The notes under the pieces were generated by a model. It saw nothing but the letters and a program-made list of their open reading frames with translations. It ran no database searches and had not been told where the DNA came from. The translations under genes were made by a program, and so were the position numbers. A stretch of DNA of 58,386 nt, counting the filler, from Sphacelaria rigidula (lineage: Eukaryota): NCBI GenBank assembly GCA_964200075.2. It is 10 parts of 10 records of this genome, joined end to end, with 100 filler letters (N's around TTAATTAATTAA, not from the genome) between each part and the next. Parts side by side here need not be neighbours in the genome. Positions count along the whole stretch, not along the records: positions 11,699 to 17,447 come from CAXNAA020024760.1; positions 17,548 to 23,296 come from CAXNAA020024761.1; positions 23,397 to 29,145 come from CAXNAA020024762.1; 7 more parts are not named here. The stretch is one strand, 5' to 3'. Position 1 is the stretch's first letter. Each line of letters begins with the position of its first letter. Shown here one piece after another: positions 12,531 to 24,889 of this stretch.

Positions 12531-14762
12531 CCAGCAAGGACGGTGCGCTGCAGCAATAATAACAGATCCAATTTGAAGTTAGGGGGTGTTATTCATCGTT
12601 GATTTTACCCGACATGACATATGTAAGTAACCATCTAGGTGCCCGAGTACAAGAGTCTGCCACAGGCCAGTTGGGGTGTATGTGTATGAGAGATCAAAGA
12701 CTTGTGGAAACCTTCTTGACATGCGGAGTGAACAGAAGATACCCATGGCGGTGACCTGACTGTTGCTAGCGTGGTGCAGAGGGGTGCGTCAGTGCCACAA
12801 TCTGGAGCTTTCGCTGCTCCACTCTACTGACTCCCGTCTGCAGAGCGTCTGCACAGAGATCACACACCGTAACAACATGTTATTTACCGAATTTCGGAAC
12901 AGCTATAGAAAGAAAACAGTTCGATTTTCAAAACTACGTTCACATGATTGAAATGACTCTTTTCACCTGAGGAACTGTGGCTTCCCCGTCCCCCCGCCAG
13001 GTATGAAAGAACGACGACAGAGTTTTTGCGAGTGCATGTAACACCCACGGGGGAACACAGAGTTTCTCCTGTATGAAAATGCCCGTTTTCCTACCTGCAA
13101 ACCGTTTTATGCCCGTTGCTTTCTGATAAGAACGTTAACTGTCGGTTTCTGTACTGATTGGCGGATGTCAATGCCAACAAAGTTTGGTAGTGCTGTTCGA
13201 CAGTATCTTCGAACATTTGGCCGGATCCAAAGCGGTCATTTTTTTTGCTCATTATGCCCTAGCGAGGTCCCACACAAAGTTTCAATACACAACACCCCAA
13301 ACATGCGCTGGTAAGTGGCCTGCAAAATATTGTTCCGAATTTTACCGACCCGGTTCTTAAACGGCGCATCAGCAAGTCAATACTCAGAGTTGAACCCTAA
13401 AATTTGGTCTGGGCAATCAATAGGTCATGGTAAAAAGTTGTGAGTGGACCCAGCGAGTTTTTTTCTCCAAAAGTTGGGGGCAATAATCAGTTTTCAGGTT
13501 TCCGTAAAATGCCGTTGAGTCGTGAAGAAAAAAAATGGTCCATGCATATATATTTTTTATTGAGCTCTTTTGATTGTCCAAACCAGATTCTAGGTTCCAA
13601 CTCAAGAATCAAAATTGCAAATGGACCCCCCAACTCCAAATCCGCTTCTAGGCTGGCCCAGCTCGTACCACGAGTACTGTCTGTACTTGTACTGCTCTCA
13701 GGTGCAGGCCCCAATTCTCCTGTCATTTTGTTCGTAATAATGTAAACATCTTTGTTATAAACTCACCATACTATAATTGGTATAAACATAGCCGGTAACG
13801 GCAAACCCCAAATAAAGTGGGAAAACTGGAGTCCTTGTCACCGGTACAAACCGGTAGCCCTAAAATATCATCATTGGAAAAAATGGACCGTTAAACTGAA
13901 GCCCGCGTATCACATTCATCTCCCCTCTATGCGAGTATGATTCGCATCATGTTGCCGATGGTCCGCGGCCTCCTCCCGCGCGGTATTGCTTCCTCCCTTT
14001 TTCCCCACTCTGCATGCAATCTCATGAGTGCATGCACCCCCCCGCCCCGAGATCTCCCCACCCTCCCGCTGTAGGTCTGTAAACGAGCACGGCTCGCTTG
14101 CTTACGTTTTCCGAATGCGACTACATGTAAGAGTTACGCGTCATATAATTGCTGCGGTTTCTTCCATCACATGTGCCCTCCGGGGATACACTTCTAGCAC
14201 CCAACGGAAGTAACGACAAAAAGTAGGCAAAAAGGGTCTGATAAATCTCCAAGAAATTCCTCTCATCTCACCTAAAAATTGACTAGAGCAGACAACGGGA
14301 ATAATGACGTACGAGGTTACACAGATGCAGCATTTGCTGCATTTTTTCCCCCAGCGTGAACCGCCAGCGTAAACTAAGGATGCGTGGAGAGAGCAGAGCT
14401 TCACCAATGCAACCACACGAAAAAACGTCATGATCCACGCACACACAGAAACCACGCTTTATTATCACGCTTTTTCGCATGGTGTTCAACGGGAACTTCG
14501 ACCAGAACTCGTACACGTAATTTCAGCACCACCAATCGGAACTAAAAATATCCTGCAGACAAGACACTGTTTCATTCGGTGAAGCACGTACACAACAAAC
14601 AACAAAAATGGCAAATCAGCAACGAAGAATCACGCAGCCGACCCGACGTGACCAGTCATTCCCGCCAGGCAACCCCCCCCCCTCCCTCCCCCTCCCCTCC
14701 GCGTCCATAGCACAAACTGACAAAGGAAGGTGAGACGCACAACTCTTGTGCCTACTCAAGAT

Positions 14763-15482
14763 CTACAGTTCGCCCTTGAACAGACCCTGCAACTCCCCGA
14801 CAACATCCTCTCCGTTGACAACCTTCATGACGACAAACCCCAAGCATGCCAGCAGCACTAGAATCAGAACTACAACCCCCAGTCCCTCTAGCAGGTAGCC
14901 GAGCACGGCGGGAGTGCCGATGGAGTCTATGGTATACGCCATGCGCCACACGCCTCCGTGGAACGAGCCGTACGAGAACAGCTGCAGGGGGTTCTTGATG
15001 GGCAGCGATGGGTTGGAGGGCGTCGCGCTGTCGCACACGTCGCGCACTAGAAGCGCGCCCATGACAGCGTTGGACGTCTCCTGTTGGAACACCTCCATCG
15101 GCTTGAAGTACTTCATTCCCCCGTACGCCATGGCGAACAGCTTGTTCGAGACCACCGACTTGGTCGCCGTGGACGGCGCTATGTTGCTCGACACGTAGCA
15201 CCGGTTGCTCTCCCTCGCCACCACGGCTCGCCAGTGCTGCATCCGCTTCGCCAGCGCGTAGTTGGGACCCTGCTTGTTTACGAGGCCGTCCACCAGGTAA
15301 AACCCCGACCCGTCCTTGCCGATCACGGGCTTCTTGGCGTTCACCACGAGAGAGCCGAGCAAGTTCCCCGTCAGTCGACACAGTAGGTTCACGGGCCCGA
15401 AGGAATTGAGTTGTCGTCGGGCGGCCTCGTGCGCCAAGCGCGGGATGACGTGCACATCGGTGGGAGTACACAGATAAGCAGG
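14763..15482 (-). CDS. Terminal exon of a conserved uncharacterised protein with a C-terminal hydrophobic segment
   Basis: C-rich intron end then aaacaaactgcag| acceptor; 240 codons including TAG, GC3-rich; motifs AYLCTPTD, QGPNYALAKRMQHWRA, NIAPSTATKSV, HGGVWR recalled from a family of hypothetical proteins; tail GLGVVVLILVLLACLGFVVM. Confidence 0.9.
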   Translation of the reverse strand, partial: PAYLCTPTDVHVIPRLAHEAARRQLNSFGPVNLLCRLTGNLLGSLVVNAKKPVIGKDGSGFYLVDGLVNKQGPNYALAKRMQHWRAVVARESNRCYVSSNIAPSTATKSVVSNKLFAMAYGGMKYFKPMEVFQQETSNAVMGALLVRDVCDSATPSNPSLPIKNPLQLFSYGSFHGGVWRMAYTIDSIGTPAVLGYLLEGLGVVVLILVLLACLGFVVMKVVNGEDVVGELQGLFKGEL

Positions 15483-17345
15483 CTGCAGTTTGTTTTTCCC
15501 GGTGGGAGATGCACATGGAGGCGCAGGTCGCATGGGATCGGGTGGGGGCGCACGGAGGGAGAGCGGGGGTAAGTAAATCGGCATAGCTGAGCAACTACTT
15601 GGTTCATTGTAAAATTCAAGGGATACAAAAAAATGGCAATACTTCGCCACCTCTATGGATGCACTCTTCAATCATGAAGGATGGTGTACTGAAACCCCGG
15701 GAGCACCAGGACGGAAACGCCCGGTAATAAATAAATGAGTCACAAGTTAAGGGTTTGCTCTAGAACCACGTTACGATTCACGAAGTGCGGCGCAACCACT
15801 TTTACACACTAGGTCTACGCTGGTGTGGAATCCCCCCAATTTCGATTGCTGGAGTCCAACAGGCCGGATGTACAGCGGTACCACTGACAACGGAGCCATG
15901 GCCGAAGATACTGCACATAAAGCATGGGGGGTGCACATGGCCTCAGGGAAGTGTCGCGACAGCCCGTTGGCAGACTTGGTTCACAACAAAAGTTGCTGCA
16001 GATATCACCAAAAAAATCGGCGGTCACACACACAAGAGCAGCAGGAGCACTGCTGTTATTTTACCGTTGCGCACGTTTGCGGCTTCGTACATACAACCCT
16101 AGGGGCAAAATGAAATAAACTACTGTACGTTGTTGTCCTGGGGGCGTACTACAGTAGGGCCGTCCATTTCCGAGCGAGGGTCCCAAGGGTGTGTCTTCGG
16201 GTAGGGTAAATAACCGGGCATTTACTCTACCAAATTTGGTGGTGCGATAGTATCTCTACCCAAACATCAGGTAAAGTTAGGTATGATCAAAATACTCCAC
16301 CCTCAATACTTGACCCGAGTGTTTAGGTACTAGTACGATTTTCAAAATATCCACATTAGTAGGAAATACTGAATACGCTACCCCACACAACCTTCGAGGT
16401 AAGGTTCGCAGTCCTTATTTTCAGGTTTCAAATGTGCCTCTGTAGGGTCTCTGTATCAACCCCTCGCACACCCCCACGTGCGCCTGGGGGGACCGACACA
16501 CCATGTATATCAGAGGCCAATCAGGGCACAGTATCTACTGATACACAGGTGGTGACTACGTACGCTGAATTTGTACTCCAACGAGTGTCAGGAAAAAAAA
16601 AACTTGCTACCCTCAAGTACAAGAAGAACGATCCGGATACAGGACGTCTATCGACACGTGCGCGTTTTTCGACTCGATGACGTCAGTATCGCACATATGA
16701 GCTTGAGACAAAAGACGGCCGAAAATATAGCCTGTCGTACAATGCTCTTTGGCTGCCTTTTCTCCAACAATTGAGACAGAGTCACGCAACTTCCCGCGGG
16801 CACCATCGTGCATGTTTTAAACAGCAGCAAAATCTCCTCACTACTTGATACTGTTATATGATGCGCGTTGTCTTCAGGTCACAGCCGGACGACGCCTGTC
16901 GGTAACTCAGTATAGTTCTCGCTACAAGCTAACCGAAAAGGGCAAGACGTTGTGAACTCCATCTTCGTACAATACTCTCGTCAGACATGCCCTACAGCAG
17001 TAGCACGGAGGTGCTGAGTGATGTCCGCGGTAACCTGTTGTGTGTGTTTGGGCCTCATCTGTCTCCCCCCCTGAAAAAACGCGTCGATTTGACGATTTCA
17101 AAACAAGAAAATACTCCCCCTTCCGCAACCACATTCCCCCGCCTATTGAAGCAGGCCCTTATTCCTTTTGGGACCGGACTAACCAGCGCTAGCGCATTGG
17201 TGAATCGACATCAATTTCAGTAGTTTTTTCAAGTGAAAATGATGCCAATTCACAGAGGGCAATCACTCCTGGTTAGTGGGAGTCTGGTCCCAGAAGGGCT
17301 AACGATGGGGGGGAAACGTAGTGTATATAACCTGGATACACTGCG

Positions 17346-17425
17346 CCAGTCGCCCCGGTGGCTCAGCTGGTAACCTCGAAACCTTCTGATGGTTGAGTAG
17401 TAGGGTTCAATTCCTGGAGCGATCT
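17346..17425 (+). mobile_element. tRNA-derived SINE, head only
   Basis: A box TGGCTCAGCTGG, B box GGTTCAATTCC; homologous to 47000-47079 on the opposite strand; followed by an oligo-T run. Confidence 0.75.
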
Positions 17426-17447
17426 AGTTTTTTTTTTCACTACATGC

Positions 17448-17547
17448 NNNNNNNNNNNNNNNNNNNNNNNNNNNNNNNNNNNNNNNNNNNNTTAATTAAT
17501 TAANNNNNNNNNNNNNNNNNNNNNNNNNNNNNNNNNNNNNNNNNNNN
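17448..17547. other. Artificial contig spacer
   Basis: N44-TTAATTAATTAA-N44. Confidence 0.98.
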
Positions 17548-19729
17548 GAGAGAAATGCCACTTCAACCCCATATTTTGTATGAACCCCAAAATTTAAAAT
17601 CGGCTGTTAAAGTATGGCTCCCTGTTTTGTAATGTGGGTAAGGCTGTCACCCTTGCGGTTCAAAGGCAGAGGGGTCATATCTTCCCAGGATCAATGCCTT
17701 GACTTCTGCCAGCATACGAGTCGTGTATGCTCTGGGGGCGTTATCCGACAAAACTAATAAAAATGCAGGCGTAGAGTTAAAGCAACTTACTCTTGGGGAC
17801 GTGACCGCCGGAAGCAAGCTGCAGCTGAACTTGTAGCCGATGTGTCAAACCCTTGAAGATGCGATCGATTAGATTCTATCGTAATGCTTCAAACAACAAG
17901 TCAACATATCAGGTGGTGTGATGCGCGTCCATCATCCCACGAAACACCTGATACTTTTAAATCAAGTGTCATCACACAAAATCTTGTATGTCTCAAAGCT
18001 ACTTCAAGCTCCCAATGCGTACATATCCATCGTTCGACTCTGATCATTTCACGTCATACAACATCCAATAGCGATAAGTGCGTACTTGTTTCCGAAGCGA
18101 CACAGTTGGTATACAGTTGATCAGCTGGGCTCTCAATTATTTGCCAAAGATATTCACTCCTCGTATCCGCTGGTCTGTATCCAGAAACAACTCAGCAGCT
18201 GCAATCCCCATAACATAACATATGCCTCTAATGGCTGAAGCACTTACAGTCCATGATAAGGTGCGGAAGTGCTGCACCCACACCTTCTCCCGCACCACAG
18301 AAAGCGTCGACCAAACAATCCTAAACGTTGAAAGGTGCGGGCACATCAAGGTGCACACGCGTACGCTCACCAAGACAGATGCAAAGGGCACTGCCATGAC
18401 TAGTCGAGTATATAAAATCGTCACGGAAGATCCCAAATAAAAAACTGTGGACAATCCATCGGAACGAGGGTCATATACCCCCATTACTATCATCATGCCG
18501 AGGGGACATTACCTTTACCGAAATTCCATGTATGTTCAGGTTCATCATTGAAAATAATGTACAAGCAGCCCGCCAAGGCATATTCTCTACGCAGCACTGA
18601 GTTGGCACTAATGGTTGCACATCTTACTCCTCAGTATAAGCCGACAATAAATACCCGTCAGTAGGAAATACACCTCCCATGAGGAGAAGACATTGAAAAC
18701 AAGAACACTCATGATACCAAATACCAACTCGTTGGAGGTGAGTCATGTTTGGTACATGTTAGCGTAGGGAGCACGTGTTGACTAATGCAACCGGTTGACG
18801 GTTCAGCCGTATAGTAACACGATCGACCTAAGCGACGACTGCGGGGCAGCCGATCGAAGCGAGTGATTGACTGTCAGTATCGTCGCGAGAAACGTAGGCG
18901 GAAGACTCACAAGCGTCGAAAATACATCCGGGGCGGGTAGCCCGACAAGTTTCTGAACCACGAAACTGTTATGTGATAAGGACTTGCAGTTGCCGATTTA
19001 CTATTTTTGGGTACAGACCGGCGGGGACTAGAAATGTATATATTGGGTGAATGTTTGAGTACATTTTGAAGTGCGTCTCTGGTCGCTATCTTGTTTGATG
19101 GCGTGGATTTATTAACGTTGGACAATATATATATATATATACGTGTTACATTTTTAGTAGCGTAGCTGATAGTTCTGAGTTTTGACTTTTGAGGGAAGAC
19201 ATGTCCGGGGGTCGGTCGACAGGCCTGTGTAGGAGCCCCCTTCGCTTCACTCGATCATCGTCCCAGGGATCTTAACGGTACAGTAGAGGATAAATCAACA
19301 CTTCACCCAGCGTGGTCTCCAGTTGTACCCTTCTTCGGTGTTCAAGGCCTCAGGAACGAGACTACTAAGTAAGTTCCGAGGTGTGTATTATTGTTTCTCC
19401 TTCTCTGATCATTTCTTCCCCCGTACATGTTGTTAGATAGCAATTACCTCCTTCAGCATACACACAACTAGCTAGCAACAAAGAGAGTATTGATCCTGGA
19501 CACGTTATCACCTCTCTGCCTCTAGCAGCTAGGGTGGAAATCTATTCACTGGATGACACGCACGTAGAGGGAGGAGGCCAACGTGGTCCGCTCCCTCAAT
19601 GATTGTCCGTTCAGACGATAAGCGAGAGGGTGCGCACCCAAACGGGAGGATAAATTCCAGTCGGGCACAAAATCACGGCAGTTCGCCATCAACAAACCCG
19701 ATAGAGAACACTTAACCACCACACTAATT

Positions 19730-20560
19730 TCTGGGGTGATTGGCCGTAGGTACTAACTGGTACTATGAGTCAAAAGAGGAAAATGGCGAACTGATTGTAG
19801 ACCGCAAGAAATATCGAAACAGCGAAGCTGAACAACAAGCAATTCCAAAAATAATAAGGTCTTCTCGAACATTATACGAAATTGTGATACATGACCACGA
19901 TCACCATGCAATATGCTACGAGTTTCAACAACAGAACCCATCAAGTATTCAACACACAACACCGCCCAGGGCGGCCATGTATCAAGTGGAAAGGTGAAGC
20001 ACCTTGTGGTGAAGAAGAATGGTGCCTACCGTAGTCGTTCCCCAGATTCCAGCATTCATCTTCTCTATACTCAGCAAGTCGCTTCTCTTGGGAGCAGGGT
20101 TTATATCATATAGATAGAAATGTCACGAATCAATTGGAGCCGGTATCAAGAACTATCGTACAACCCAAACGAGAAGCCAAACTGACTCACAATAATGCTT
20201 CTCTTCTGGGCACTCCTCTTCACTCGAGGCACAGAGTGCACAGCGTGCAGCAAAAGCTCGAACCCAAAATATATGCTTGAATTAGATACTACAATAGCTG
20301 GAGGATTGATTGCGGTCTCCCGGTACCAGGGGTGACAACAGAGTGGATCCAGGGGGGTTCACCCACGAGAACTTACACCAGCCGAACTCGATGAACACAC
20401 TCAATTATCTCGTAAAACCTACACCTCAAGCTCCATCGCGGTTGGTCGCTATCTCACCGAACCTAGTGGTTGAGTACAGGAATACGTCACTCGACTAAGT
20501 ACTTTGATTCCAAACGCGACACAATCATGAGACGGCTGTATGTAACGGCTGCGGGCACGT
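19730..20560 (+). pseudogene. Heavily deleted Ty1/Copia pol relic
   Basis: AVGTNWYYESKEENGELIVDRK resembles the Copia RT start (VG.KWV...K....G.....K); TKYFDSKRDTIMRRL resembles the RNase H end (TKHIDI+YHFIR); gtggggac|TGTTACA at 20731-20745 could be a PPT and 3' LTR start. Confidence 0.42.
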
Positions 20561-21385
20561 GTACACACTCGTCCAAAGTCTACGACTCCTACCTCCCAGT
20601 TACATCTTGTCTATATCCAGTAGCTACAATCCTTTGTCACACATCACAGTTTGTACACACATCATGGATGATTTTTGTGTATCCAACTCGTAGTCGTCAT
20701 TTCCTCGGTGCATTGCTGTACTGAGCTTACGTGGGGACTGTTACAATGTGTATTAAATTCAAGAAAAAGGAGCGAACCTAGTAGTCCTACGGGAAATGTA
20801 AGCTGCAAGCTAAGCTTCCAACGTCGACTACCGTCATCGTCGTGTCCACCATAGAGTCGACATGCCCGTTTTCTCCAGGAAGCGGTCGCACAGATCATGC
20901 AGGATAAACGAATCGATTCTCTGCTCGAATATCGATCCCGAGGAGACGACGGTAGAAACCAGGCGGCCGAGAAGATAGTGGAAGATGGGTCAGGAAAAGA
21001 GGACATGATGTGATGCACTGACAAGGAGGTTTGAGTGACACTCAATCCATCAGGAGCAAGCACGAGCGTATCAACCTCGAATATCTGGACCTCCCCTCCC
21101 TTCTCACTGAACCCTCTTTTACTGAAAACCTGGTGTCCGCGTGCTGTGTAGCACGCATGATCCCTCTCCGCGACGTAAGAGCACGTGAAAACATTGCACA
21201 GAAACAGATGAAGCGAACCTCTATCTACTGACTAGTTTATCTGATTGGCGTCCTCGTACCATCTACTTTTGATAGAATAATTTATAGCATCGCGGTCAAT
21301 ATTAATTATTCTTTTTTTTTCATGGTCATGCCTCGTTCGTGCTTGGATCACGCTTAGGCGTCATTTTTGCACACGACAGATGGAC

Positions 21386-21412
21386 CAACAACAACAACAA
21401 CAACAACAACAA
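21386..21412 (+). repeat. (CAA)9 microsatellite
   Basis: Read directly. Confidence 0.95.
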
Positions 21413-21613
21413 TAGAAATGGCAAACGCGGAACATTGATTTCCGTCCATCCGTAACATGGCTAATGAAGTAGTCGGCCACCCATCAGTACACGCTGTATG
21501 AACCAGACAGACCATAAATGCATGCAGGCTGAACGAATCAGCAGTGATGACCCCCTAATTGCGCGCCAACAAACGCTCCCTGTCCCACTATAGTCCTTCC
21601 ATTTGTTGCTTAC

Positions 21614-21974
21614 CCGTAACACAGGGCACATGCCGTCTCGAGTCTTGATGTCTCCGCAATGATATATCGCGCGCACAAATTCCGTGGCTCCCATGCCATC
21701 ACTGCCTTTGGACACTAGCAATGCTGACCCTGTTGATCCTAGCGATACTGTCGCCGCTCCTCCACTTGACCCCGCCGACGGTGGCGTGGAGCTCCCTGAG
21801 GGTGGAGCAGTAGGGGGTTCGTGATCGTTCCCTCCGGCGGTTTGGCTTGCGGCTAGTGTGGCGGCGGCGGTGACGGTGGTGGTTGAAGTGGTGGTGATTT
21901 TCGAGTTTGGATGGTTCGAGTCTCCTTTTCCGCCACACCAGACGGCGAGGATACACATGGTTGATATGCAGATC
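21614..21974 (-). CDS. Candidate internal exon of an unknown host gene (S/T/G/P-rich linker plus MGATEFVRAIYHCGDIKTRDGMCPVLR)
   Basis: Open frame within ORF 21461-22138; strong donor CGG|GTAAGC at 21614/21613; possible acceptor ttgcag| at 21975. The 5' boundary is uncertain. Confidence 0.45.
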
Positions 21975-23243
21975 CTGCAAGCTTCACGGAGGGTCAACCT
22001 TGAATCCAGCATCTGCCACGCGCGCAAATGGAAAACAAACGCCCACATACCCATGCACCGACGAACACACACGTCATGGAAAGTTTCCACGCTAATCTCC
22101 GTTGAGCAACGATGACAGCCTTTACATTGCACAACCACGATGACATGCTAGTACGCATTCCGCGCTGCTCGCGCCACCCGTACAGGTGCAACCAGTGGAG
22201 AATCAACGCCATGAAAGCACGAAGGCAGCCACCACAGATGCAGGAGTAATTCACCTCATCCAATTCGGTATGGCTTGTTCAAGATTCAAACGTCCGCATC
22301 AGGACTTCAGTTCCTAAACTGTGCGACGCAATCTGATAGGGGGGGGGGGGATCCTTTGAGACCTCGAGCCTTTTAAAGAGGAACTGAATGTACCCGCTCG
22401 AGGTTGGCCGTTAGCGTTGTGTCCGTAAGCGCTGTGTGGCCAGCATGAGTCGTGAAACCAAGTAAACATAGGGACACATGTCTCAAGTACGTACGCTTAA
22501 CGGGAACCCGGTCACTGTCGAACACAGGTAATTTTGTGTGAATGTAGTAGGGGTGTGCCTGCTAGAGCTCCGATGTCCAGATCGTTCTCGTTTGGTCGAA
22601 AAGTGTACTTGATTTGTTGTGTGCTGATGTCACTGCCTGTAACTCGGGCCCAGTACACAAGACGACGGTTTTTCAAGCCTCAATAAATAACAAAACATCA
22701 CCGACGAACAGTTCATTTTCGTCGGATATTATCAGGTTTGTCAGCAGCTTACGTATGGTTGTTATCTACCCGATACGCGGATCTTACATATTTCCTATCC
22801 TTTACTACACACCAATCACCCCCCGCCGCCCCCCGCCGCTCCTCGCCCCAGCACTCGGGTTGCACCCACACCTCTCAAGTCAACAACACAACCCTGCCAA
22901 ACTGACACGAAGTAGTGAGTGCGTGGATGTTTGTTCATCGTGAAGGCGCTCTGACAAAATCGACTCGGTCGGTCGTACTTCAATCCTGCGACGGTTCTTG
23001 TCGTCGTATACGATTCACTGGTCCTGTTGACCACCCCGAATCAGTCATCTCGACTCAATTTCCATTTGAACCAATGGGGAAGCTCGTGACTTGATCTCGA
23101 CAATCTATGAACAATGTTACTCTTGTGAACAAAGGCCTCAGAACGGTAGGGTGCTGCATTCCAGTTGTTTGGGCGAGGAGTTGGCTCTCTCAGTCCTTTT
23201 GTTAATGCAAACAACAACACGTACACCCCCCCCCTCCCATCCA

Positions 23244-23296
<53 letters not shown>
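23244..23296 (+). repeat. (ATT)n microsatellite at contig end
   Basis: Read directly. Confidence 0.95.
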
Positions 23297-23396
23297 NNNN
23301 NNNNNNNNNNNNNNNNNNNNNNNNNNNNNNNNNNNNNNNNTTAATTAATTAANNNNNNNNNNNNNNNNNNNNNNNNNNNNNNNNNNNNNNNNNNNN
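23297..23396. other. Artificial contig spacer
   Basis: N44-TTAATTAATTAA-N44. Confidence 0.98.
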
Positions 23397-23560
23397 GGGG
23401 CCGCGGTGGGCCCGTCGGTGCGGGGGGGGGGCTCGGCGGCGGGGCGAAGCCCCAGCCGGCCCCCCCCCCCCCCCCCCCAGAATTAAGGAGTCCAAATCTA
23501 TCACACGCCGGACGAGTCATTACCCGTCGAAACGAGTGCACTCGTCGATGTTTTTAAAAA

Positions 23561-23925
23561 CACCACGAGCATGACTTGTGTGTTCGAGTTATATGTTTTT
23601 TTCACCAAGAGCATCACTCGCATGCTCGTCATTTTTTTTTTACCACGAGCATTGACTCGGGTGCTCGACCTATTATTTTTTTCCATGAGCAATGAGCTGA
23701 GTACTCGCCCTATCATTTTTTATCACCAAGAGCAACGACTCGAGTACTCGACCTGTTGATTTTCCCCACCGTGAGCAATGACTCGAATACTCGCCCCATT
23801 GATTTTTCCACCACGAGCAATGACTCGAGTGCTAGCCCTCGTAATTTTTTCCACCAAGAGCAATGACTCGAGTGCTCGCCCTATTATTTTTTCCACCGAG
23901 AGCAATGACTCGAGTACTTATTCGA
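23561..23925 (+). repeat. Minisatellite array 1, about 9 units of 41-43 bp
   Basis: Consensus caccacgagcaatgactcgagtactcgccctattattttttc. Confidence 0.92.
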
Positions 23926-24315
23926 GTGAACAGCCTTTTCATTGTAGTCTCCGCTACTGATAAGATGGGACGGTATATAGGTACTTGTCTTTACATGTTT
24001 TGACAGTTACATGTGGTGGGATTTGTCATCATAGTCGACGTATTCAGAAGAAGGGGTGGCTCATGGGTCGATACCAAACCGTACTGCTATTAAATGTAAA
24101 TGTACTACTAGAGTAATACTCTCCGCTTTAGTAGAACTCTGATCTCTCTGTGAGCGTGTATGTGATGCTTGGATAAAATGAAAACGAGCTTTGAAGCTTG
24201 AAGCTTGTACATGTGCAGATATGCACATGGACTTGAAGATTCTAGGTTCAACATCGTCGAGCAGCTCATATAATTATTTGGTCGTCGGATTGCTGACTCC
24301 TCGACTCACGTCGTT

Positions 24316-24727
24316 CACCACAAGCAATGACTGCTCGACCCATTCATTTTGATCACCACCAGCAATGACTCGAGTGCTCGACCTATTGATTTTTTCCCAC
24401 TACGAGCAATGACTCCAGTACTCGTCCCACAGTTTTTTTCCACCACGAGCAATGACTCGAGTGGTCGTCCTACTGATTATTTCCACCGCTAGCAATGACT
24501 CGAGTACTCCCCCTAATAATTTTTCCCACCACGAGCAACGACTCGAGTACTCGCCCTATCATTTTTTCTCACCGCTAGCAATGACTCGAGTACTCGACTT
24601 ATTGTTTTTTCCCACCACGAGCAACGAGTCGAGTACTCGCCCTATCATTTTTTCTCACCACGAGCGATGACTCGAGTACTCGACTTATTGTTTTTTTCCA
24701 CTACGAGTATTGACTCGAGTCCTCGAG
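24316..24727 (+). repeat. Minisatellite array 2, about 10 units, same family and orientation as array 1
   Basis: Same consensus as array 1. Confidence 0.92.
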
Positions 24728-24889
24728 GACCTCCAAAAACGGCCCACGAGCAGCCGAACGAGTGCAAGCGCCATGAGTCATACTCGTGCTCGTCCGATGT
24801 GTTAAATCTATATGTTGAGCAAGAACATAAAAGCTGAGCACATCGAGTAGCTGGGAATTCCCACGTTCGAGATTGTTTTCGCCGATAAC

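Noticed and set aside
14752..15671. Overlapping 280-aa ORF, antisense ORFs and the 302-aa ORF start at 15671
   Set aside because: Shadows of a GC-rich exon; sequence upstream of 15482 looks like an intron end.
17346..17425. Functional tRNA gene (also 47000-47079)
   Set aside because: Anticodon and acceptor stems pair poorly, and homologous copies continue into a shared non-tRNA body and tail, so these are SINE heads.
18260..18320. Minus-strand LVDAFCGAG resembling methyltransferase motif I
   Set aside because: Flanked by stops, with no splice signals or other methyltransferase motifs found; likely chance.
23561..24727. CRISPR-like array (palindromic repeat of about 26 bp with regular period)
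   Set aside because: Intervening segments of about 16 nt are T-rich and similar to each other rather than unique; the repeats are degenerate; no cas genes; eukaryotic context.
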